Source of the DNA: Octopus vulgaris
Taxonomy: Eukaryota
Reading direction: 5' to 3'
Assembly (NCBI GenBank): GCA_951406725.2
Contig: OX597836.1
Coordinates: 41,230,001-41,294,000, forward strand
DNA: 64,000 nt
Made by a program: the position numbers and the translations under genes
Shown here: positions 55,208 through 64,000 of the stretch, in pieces
Layout: every line of letters begins with the position of its first letter
How positions within the stretch are numbered: position 1 is the first letter of the stretch
Notes under the pieces: generated by a model
Database searches by the model: none
Told to the model about the DNA's origin: nothing
What the model saw: only the letters and a program-made list of their open reading frames with translations

Positions 55208-55630
55208 TCTTTCTTTTATTTCTTTCAGTCATTTGACTGCGGCCATGCTGGAGCACCGCCTTTAGTCGAGCAAATCGACCCCGGGACTTATTCTTTGTAA
55301 GCCCAGTACTTATTCTATCGGTCTCTTTTGCCGAAACGCTAAGTGACGGGGACGTAAACACACCAGCATCGGTTGTCAAGCAATGTTGGCGGGTACAAAC
55401 ACAGACACACAAACACATACACACAAACATATACACACACATACATATATATATATGCATATATACGACAGGCTTCTTTCAGTTTCCGTCTACCAAATCC
55501 ACTCACAAGGCATTGGTCGGCCCGGGGCTATAGCAGAAGACACTTGCACAAGATGCCACGCAGTGGGACTGAACCCGGAACCATGTGGTTGGTTAGCAAG
55601 CTACTTACCACAGAGCCACTCCTGCGCCTA
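55208..55630 (-). mobile_element. Same SINE family
   Basis: Head and tail motifs. Confidence 0.88.
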
Positions 55631-56026
55631 CGTATATTTCGTTTTTGGATTTGGTTTGCAAGATTCTTTATATGAGTTCGTGTGTTGAAGCATCTTCTGT
55701 TGTGTCTGGGGAGAGTCATTTTCTTTTTGTAACACACTCACCGGTAAAATTTCCACGTTTTTCTTTTATTTTAGGACAATAAAAGTTTCTACGTATAGTT
55801 ACATACATTAATCTGAGTTCAAATTCTGCCGTGGTCGACTTTGCCTTTCGTGTATTAGCAGTCGATTAAATAAGTACCAGTGAAATACTGGGGTCGATGT
55901 AATCCTAATCCCCCATAATTTTAGGTCTTGCACCTATAATAGAAAGAATCATCTTTGATATCGCTGCGGTTTCTGCATCGCGTTGTTATCTGTAACGGCG
56001 GCGCTGCTACGGTTATGAACAAAAAT

Positions 56027-56086
<60 letters not shown>

Positions 56087-56089
56087 TGT

Positions 56090-56166
<77 letters not shown>

Positions 56167-56171
56167 TGTGT

Positions 56172-56245
<74 letters not shown>

Positions 56246-56817
56246 ACGCATGTTCGTTCATCCGTCCATTCGCTCATCTCCGTGTGTTTGCGCTTCCTTG
56301 TGTTTCAATTCAAAATTACATTCAAATATATTTTTTTGTATATTTTTCGCATATATGTGTATATATTGGTGTGTATATGTGTATATATGTGTATATATTG
56401 GTGTATATATTGGTGTGTATATGTTTTTGTGTTTGTGTTTGTTCCCCTAGCATTGCTTGACAACGGATGGTGGTGTGTTTACTTCCCCGTAACTTAGCGG
56501 TTCGGCAAAAGAGACCGATACAATAAGTACTAGACATCGAAAGAATAAGTCCTTGGGCCGATTTGAACCACTAAAGGCGGTGCTCCAGCATGGCCGCAGT
56601 CAAATGACTGAAACAAGTAACAGACTAAAAGAGTAAAACGTGCAAGAAATGTTAGCGTAATAACTTCCAAAAAGATAGCTTCTAAAAAGCAATCAAATAA
56701 TGGTAATTCAGTTCGGTTTTCGTGTCTATCCTCAGCTGTGTTGATCAATGTTGGATAATAAACCAGGGGTTCTGAATCATTTTTTTTTTATTTGAGGACC
56801 CCTTTGATTACTATTTT

Positions 56818-57500
56818 TATTTCTTTACTACCCACAAGGGGCTAAACACAGAGAGGACAAACAAGGACAGACAAACGGATTAAGTCGATTATATCGACCC
56901 CAGTGCGTAACTGGTACTTAATTAGTCGACCCCGAAAGGATGAAAGGCAAAGTCGACCTCGGCGGAATTTGAACTCAGAACGTAACGGCAAACAAAATAC
57001 CTATTTCTTTACTACCCACAAGGGGTTAAACACAGAGAGGACAAACAAGGACAGACAAACGGATTAAGTCGATTATATCGACTCCAGTGCGTAACTGGTA
57101 CTTAATTTAATCGACCCCGAAAGGATGAAAGGCAAAGTCGACCTCGGCGGAATTTGAACTCAGAACGTAACGGCAGACGAAATACTTATTTCTTTACTAC
57201 CCACAAGGGGCTAAACACAGAGAGGACAAACAAGGACAGAAATAGGTATTAAGTCGATTATATCGACCCCATTGCGTAACTGGTACTTATTTAATCGACC
57301 CCGAAAGGATGAAAGGCAAAGTCGACCTCGGCGGAATTTGAACTCAGAACGTAAAGACACACGAAATACTTATTTCTTTACTACCCACAAGGGGCTAAAC
57401 ACAGAGAGGACAAACAAGGACAGACAAACGGATTAAGTCGATCATATCGATCCCAGTGCGCAACTGGTACTTAATTTATCGACCTCGAAAGGATGAAAGG
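56818..57500 (-). repeat. Second tandem array of the same ~184 bp unit
   Basis: About 3.7 reverse-complement units. Confidence 0.88.
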
Positions 57501-57689
57501 CCCCAGGTCAGCCCCAGGCCAGCTCTAATGGTGCTGACAGTCCACAGTGTATCATCTGAAGCTTTGAAAGGCGTTCATTATTGGTCTTTAATTGGAACTT
57601 CGAATTTATTTCGATATTTTTCTTTTGGCGGACGTCAGGGATGGGTCGCCCACATAAGTTGGCATTTCTAAGTGCCTTGGAAATATGAT

Positions 57690-58187
57690 GCGCATCTTTT
57701 TTATAAATATGGTTTCATTGTGGAAAAAGTTAAAGGTTTCCACGGCGTATTTATTCCCCACCTGGATAGGACGCCAGTCCATCGAAAGATTACTCACTTT
57801 TGCCAGCTGAGTAGACTGGAGCAATGTGAAATGAAGTGTTTTGCTCAAGAACACATTACATCGCCCGGTCCAGAAATCGAAACCACAGTTCTACGATTAT
57901 GAGTCCAAACACCTTAACCACTAAGCCACGCACCTCCACAAGTAAAGTTACCTTCCCGAGTCATATCGACTCATAAGGGCCGGTTTTCCGGTTTCAATGA
58001 CGTATATATTCCCCACGTATATATTACCCCACCATCCATTCTTTTGCCAGCTGAGTGGACTGGAGCAAGCAACGTGAACTGAAGTATTTTGTACAAGAAC
58101 ACAACGCGACGCCTGGTCCAGGAATCGAAACCCCAATCTTACGATGATGAGTCCAACGCCCCTAACCATTAAGCTACGCGCCTTCAC
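57690..58187 (-). mobile_element. Two adjacent tRNA-headed SINEs of a further family
   Basis: Minus strand gcgtggcttagtggttaag..gtttcgatt..gtgttcttgagcaaaacacttc..gctccagtc.actcagctggcaaaa. Confidence 0.7.
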
Positions 58188-58192
58188 TATAG

Positions 58193-58356
58193 AGGCGCAG
58201 GAGTGGCTGTGTAGTAAGTAGCTTGTTTACCAATCACAAGGTTCCGGGTTCAGTCCCACTGTGAGGCACCTTGGGTAAGTTTCTTCTACTAGCCTCGGGC
58301 CGACCAAAGCCTTGTGAGTGGATTTGGTAGGCGGAAACTGAAAGAAGCCCGTCGTA

Positions 58357-58426
<70 letters not shown>

Positions 58427-58647
58427 TGTGTGTGTTTGTGTGTCTGTGTTTGTCCCCCTAGCATCGCTTGACAACCGATGCTGGTGTGTTTACGTCCCCG
58501 TTACTTAGCGGTTTGGCAAAAGAGACCGATATAATAAGTACTGGGCTTACAAAAGAATAAGTCCTGGGGTCGAGTTACTCGACTAAAGGCGGTGCTCCAG
58601 CATGGCCGCAGTCAAATGACTGAAACAAGTAAAAGAGTAAAAGAGTA
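58193..58647 (+). mobile_element. Same SINE family
   Basis: Head and tail motifs. Confidence 0.88.
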
Positions 58648-58882
58648 TAGAAGAAATGCCTGAAGACTTTACACCCCACAATCATCTCAAGAACAGTGGG
58701 CAGAGGATATGAATGGAAGGGTGGATTGATGGACGGGTGGACGGGTGGATGTATTTGCTTTACTCGGGACATCCAAGTTTATTTTGTATTTTCCTGGATA
58801 TTTTCCTGGACATCATCAATATCGCGGCTATGGTTACGATGGTTATGATGATGGTTGTGGTGATAACAGCTGATATTAGTAT

Positions 58883-59303
58883 ACTCTTTTACTCTTTTAC
58901 TCTTTTACTTGTTTCAGTCTCTTGACTGCGGCCATGCTGGAGCACTGCCTTTAGTCGAGCAAATCGACCCCGGACTTATTCTTTTGTAAGCGCAGTACTT
59001 ATTCTATCGGTCTCTTTTGTCGAGCCGCTAAGTAACGGGGACATAAACACACCAGCATCGGTTGTCAAGCAATGCTAGTGAGACAAACACAGACACACAA
59101 ACACACACATACATACATATATATATACATATGTATATACGACGGGCTTTTTTCAGTTTCCGTCTACCAAATCCACTCACAAGGCATTGGTCGGCCCGGG
59201 GCTATAGTAGAAGACACTTGCCCAAGATGCCACGCAGTGGGACTGAACCCGGAACCATGTGGTTGGTTAGCAAGCTACTTACCACACAGCCACTCCTGAG
59301 CCT
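58883..59303 (-). mobile_element. Same SINE family
   Basis: Head and tail motifs. Confidence 0.88.
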
Positions 59304-59443
59304 ATCCGTGTATAATGAATAATAAAGATATGTGATATGAAGTTGAGTGATGTGTTTAATGTAACTATTTGATAAATGAGGAAGGTGTGGCGTATATAGA
59401 ATGGCAGCTTTTAATGATGAATTGTGTTGTGTATATCCATGAT

Positions 59444-59444
<1 letters not shown>

Positions 59445-59488
<44 letters not shown>

Positions 59489-59587
59489 TGTATGGGTATA
59501 TACATATATGTCTATATCCGTTACATATTGTATGACTTATGACATATATGTACATACATTTATACATTCATACACACACATTCACAC

Positions 59588-59628
<41 letters not shown>

Positions 59629-59718
59629 TGTATGGGTATATACATATATGTCTATATCCGTTACATATTGTATGACTTATGACATATATGTACATACATT
59701 TATACATTCATACACACA

Positions 59719-59758
<40 letters not shown>

Positions 59759-59870
59759 TGTATGGGTATATACATATATGTCTATATCCGTTACATATTG
59801 TATGACTTATGACATATATGTACATACATTTATACATTGATACACACACATTCACACACACGCACACGCA
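59445..59870. repeat. Triplicated ~130-140 bp unit containing (CA)n
   Basis: cagatgtatgggtatatacatatatgtctatatccg occurs three times. Confidence 0.85.
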
Positions 59871-59872
59871 CA

Positions 59873-59923
<51 letters not shown>

Positions 59924-59925
59924 TT

Positions 59926-60303
59926 AGGCGTAGGAGTGGTTGTGTGGTAAGTAGCTTGCTTACCAATCACATGGTTCCGGGTTCAGTCCCACTGCATGGC
60001 ACCTTGGGCAAGTGTCTTCTACTATAGCCTCGAGCCGACCAAAGCCTTGTGAGTGGATTTGGTAGACGGAAGCTGAAAGAAGCCCGTCGTATATATGTAT
60101 ATATATATGTGTGTGTATATGTTTTTGTGTCTGTGTTTGTCGCCCTAGCATTGCTTGATAACTGATGGTGGTGTGTTTACGTCCCCGTAACTTAGCGGTT
60201 CGGCAAAAGAGACCGATAGAATAAGTACTAGACATCCAAAGAATAAGTCCTGGGGGTCGATTTGCCACAGTCAAATGACTGAAAGAAGTAAAAGAGTAAA
60301 AGA

Positions 60304-60305
<2 letters not shown>
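59926..60305 (+). mobile_element. Same SINE family
   Basis: Head and tail motifs. Confidence 0.88.
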
Positions 60306-60369
<64 letters not shown>

Positions 60370-60551
60370 CAAAATTAGAAAATGGAGAAACATACTTAAA
60401 TCAATCAAACATCAACCACAGATGATACCCAATCAATACTTTATTACACCATTACATAACAGTAAAGGCATTATACAAAATATATTGTAAATATAATTAG
60501 ACAAGGAAATAGAAATATAAAATATAAAATATAATATGTAATTATATCATA

Positions 60552-60662
60552 TCTGACAGCTGTTTCGGCAGTAAAGGCAAGCATGCCTCATTTAACCTAT
60601 AAGCCATATAAGGCAGGTATAAATGAGACATTGACAAGGATGCCCCACGGCCTCTTCAGAGA
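60552..60662 (-). ncRNA. Type I hammerhead ribozyme, very long stem II
   Basis: Minus strand tct-CTGAAGA-ggc...gcc-GAAA-c-agct-g-TC-aga. Confidence 0.85.
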
Positions 60663-62946
60663 ATTTAATTTATTATAAGTGTGAAAAAAATTTTTTTATA
60701 TACATATAAATATAAAAATATAAAATATAAAAACGTGTGCATAGACACCCATAATACTACACATATATATATATACTCATTAATACAATAATACAAAATA
60801 AACAAAACAAAATAAAACAAAATATATATCAATATATATTAATAAACACAGTTATTCTACATATTGGGCTAATAGTTCTAAAAACTAACACACAGGAAAA
60901 TATATGCACACTCACATTTAAATTAAAATCAGACCTATACATGAAAAATAATAAAAAAAACACAGTTCAGTTCATAAAATTATAAACCTGTAAAAGTCAA
61001 TAAAAATTACTATTGATATTAATAATAATAATAATAATAATAGATACAATTGTGTCTGTACCAAGTACATCCATCGGACATCGACATATCTATGAGTCTG
61101 GTTATTCTGTTCGCTTGATATTGATTATTCTAGATTAATTCGATTGGCTTATAGTTTAAAATTTGAATCACAAAAGAAATTTTACGGTTAGTTAGTCAAG
61201 AAACGCACATACGCACACGCACATCCACAGATCAATCGCACATACATACATAATTATATGTATACACACACACACACATACACTCATACACATACATATC
61301 CACAAACAACGTCCAACATATAAATAAATAAATAATAAAAGAGGTATAATCCTAGCTATGCATCCATCCAGCCTCTCAAAACGACAACCATTCCACTAAA
61401 TTAACTAAATAGGTCCACTCACATATTTCCATAAAATGTTTGTTATAAAGATATATATATTAATATATCACGACATCGAATGTTATTTTCGAAGGGTACA
61501 CGCAGCATGTGACACCGCTTTTTTGTAGTCAACTGATTTCACCGTAATTTACTATAATCGCATGTACGCTAAGTTATAAAGTATAGATTAATTTTTTATA
61601 GTATAAATATATATCTTTTCTACGTAATAAATCCAGTGCCAATTATAATATTTATCCATCAAAGAACCTAACCTACGAACTAATAGAATTACATTCAAAT
61701 ATACATACTCGTGTGTTGCAGCAGATATACACAAGTGCACCGTCTATTTTCATATGTGGCTCGCGAGAAAACAATTCATAGTACTTATATATAGATATAC
61801 TTTTAAGCAACCGTGGACATATAGATAACAAATGTAATAATTAACAAGATTTGGCATTAAACAATATCAATGGGGGACTAACCAATACAATTGTATATAA
61901 GTAAATAACAGAAATTAAATTAACTATAAGTTAATAAATTGTAAATACTTAAGTTAAAAATGTGATAAAATAAATAAGAAGAAATAATTAAAATTACATA
62001 CATAATATAAGTACAAACCAGTATACATGTATCCATATATTATTAAAATAAATAATTGATATGTATGTATATATCTACACTTAAATAAGTAAATAAATAA
62101 ATAAATAAATAAATAAGTAAATGACTAAATGAATAGATATATACCATAGAAAACAAATTCAGATAAATACCTAGGTACAGGTACACCTAATATATATTAA
62201 TGCTAATATGCATATATCCTCATATGCATAAAATAGTATATATGTAAATAAATAACATAAAATAAAGTGAAGATATATATTGAAGAAAATACTTATATAA
62301 ACTTAGTATACAGGCTAATATTATGTAAATTAATACCTGTAGATAATGAGTAAAAAAATGAATAGATGGATAACATAGTGTACAAATCCAGAAGATTACA
62401 AATATAGACTAAATATATAAGACTGCTAATATTTATAAAGCCAAATGTGAGTAAATGAATAGGTTTATTAATAAATAGCATAAGATACAAATTTAGGTGC
62501 GTGCAAAGATACACCAAATATACAATATATAAGCCTGCCAAATAAAAACCTACAAAAACCCAAATTCTCAACCTAAACAAACAAACTCCCAAATAGACTC
62601 TCATATATTACATAATAGTATTAAAGTATCCAAAACCAGGTATCTAACTATGATATTCATACACACTCTGTAATATTAGAAAACTTCAAGAATCACATAT
62701 TACAAAGCAAATACCAAAATGAATATATTATTTCTTGCCGTAGTGTATTTCCCTTATAAAACAAGACAAAAAAACCCACATACAAAAACCATTAATACTG
62801 GACATATATATTTTTTTATACATGTGTAGCTACAAAATTATATAAAATTATAAATTTATAAGTTGCATGTTTTAGAATTGTAGAAGACCACTAGTATAAT
62901 TAGATACAGAAGGGAGTTAAAATATTACTAGTAGAAATGCTAAGTT

Positions 62947-64000
62947 CTATTTGAATCTAGAAAAAGTGTACGGTAGTTTGTGAATGCAAAAAAAATTTTT
63001 TTCATTTATGTTATTAATAATATTCCTACCCGCTTTGATAATGAAAAAGATTTCATTAATACATAGAGAGCATTTTTTATTTTTTCCATTATACACAGGT
63101 GCCGAAGTTAGTATTTTCCAATTTAATCTAAAATCTAAGTTCTTACTTTTGAGTTCCCAAATGTATGCACTTAACCCTGTAGAGTACATCCTATTTTTAT
63201 TTCTAAAAGTATATCTATGATAATTAAGTCTCTGTTTCATGCTATTCATAGTTGCTCCGATATACACCCTACTACTAAATTGTGTATCCGCAGTGCATTG
63301 GTAAACTACCTCCTTCCTGAGGCATTGATTACCAAACACACATTTATTTCTGTTTCTGTAATTACAGTTATTAACAGGTTGGGGTAATCCAAGATTGGTC
63401 CCCAATCCTGTAACACCATTCATATTAGTAGTGTTACAATTATTATTACCATCCAAACCCAAATTCAACGAATGAGTTAATTTAACATTATTGGCGATAT
63501 TCCTATCAATAGTACTAGTATTGGTAGTAGTAGTATCATCTATTACATTGATATTTTCCTTAGCAGGTACGGTACCCTCATAATTTATAAGAGGGTTGTT
63601 CCCGTTAGCTCCAAAAGATTTATTGTTCCTACTATTAAAGAGAGGCAAATTTCTATTATCTAACTTCAACTTTCTATCTTTATAGAAGTAATCAAGTTTC
63701 CTGTTATTAAAAGAGGAGATAATGGTGGCTAGATTATGTGTAATGCTATATCCTATTCTAACAGTACCATTGTTAATTAAATGACTAAATTTATTCCTAT
63801 CCTTACCAAAATGCCTAAATATTACATTATGCAAAGCTCTAACTATGTCTGTTTTTATCTGCATTGCATATGGGATAATAAGCCAAAGTGTATCCTTATC
63901 AGTATTAGGGTTGCCTATCAAATTATTGTTTTTAGTAAAAACCTTATTCCTTGACCAACCCATATGTTTACTATTCTTACCAATGTCATTGTTATGTCTA
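62947..64000 (-). CDS. Second, divergent Naiad-type Penelope-like ORF (linker plus GIY-YIG); runs off the window edge
   Basis: WLIIPY..IGYS..NL, CNYRNRNKCVFGNQC, VVY..YIG..RLNYH..LSAYIWELK..WKIL..CSLC..E..CIHK, collinear with the C-terminus of the 24123 ORF. Confidence 0.9.
   Translation of the reverse strand, partial: RHNNDIGKNSKHMGWSRNKVFTKNNNLIGNPNTDKDTLWLIIPYAMQIKTDIVRALHNVIFRHFGKDRNKFSHLINNGTVRIGYSITHNLATIISSFNNRKLDYFYKDRKLKLDNRNLPLFNSRNNKSFGANGNNPLINYEGTVPAKENINVIDDTTTTNTSTIDRNIANNVKLTHSLNLGLDGNNNCNTTNMNGVTGLGTNLGLPQPVNNCNYRNRNKCVFGNQCLRKEVVYQCTADTQFSSRVYIGATMNSMKQRLNYHRYTFRNKNRMYSTGLSAYIWELKSKNLDFRLNWKILTSAPVYNGKNKKCSLCINEIFFIIKAGRNIINNINEKNFFCIHKLPYTFSRFK

Larger units (their letters stand above)
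60368..64000 (-). mobile_element. Naiad-type Penelope-like retroelement, 3' part with ~2.5 kb AT-rich UTR and hammerhead
   Basis: Same layout as 24115-28229; hammerhead at 60552-60662; ends in (TA)n. Confidence 0.78.

Overview
Eukaryotic, repeat-saturated, gene-poor DNA. The SINE families and the (TA)n/(TACA)n/(CA)n landscape strongly suggest an octopus genome; this is inferred from family recognition, not a database hit. No host exon could be identified, and nearly all ORFs in the track are microsatellite translations. Real coding content is transposon-derived: two Penelope-like elements of the Naiad type (24123-26201 +, an open RT-plus-GIY-YIG frame; 62947-64000 -, GIY-YIG end only), a Dong/R4-type RT fragment, RTE fragments, and decayed DD41D (rosa) and DD34D mariner transposases. 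Also present are about 35 tRNA-derived SINE copies, two non-autonomous Helitrons, a 5S pseudogene and a tRNA-Glu-headed retrocopy. The main hidden signal is non-coding: about 20 type I hammerhead-ribozyme motifs, read by eye on both strands. They lie in the 3' ends of the Penelope-like elements and mostly in short (TA)n-embedded elements. They include a 360-363 bp tandem retrozyme-like array with a U3-A8 core and a palindromic element with a G3-C8 core, which are compensatory swaps of the C3-G8 tertiary pair. All structures were aligned manually; none was tested computationally or biochemically.
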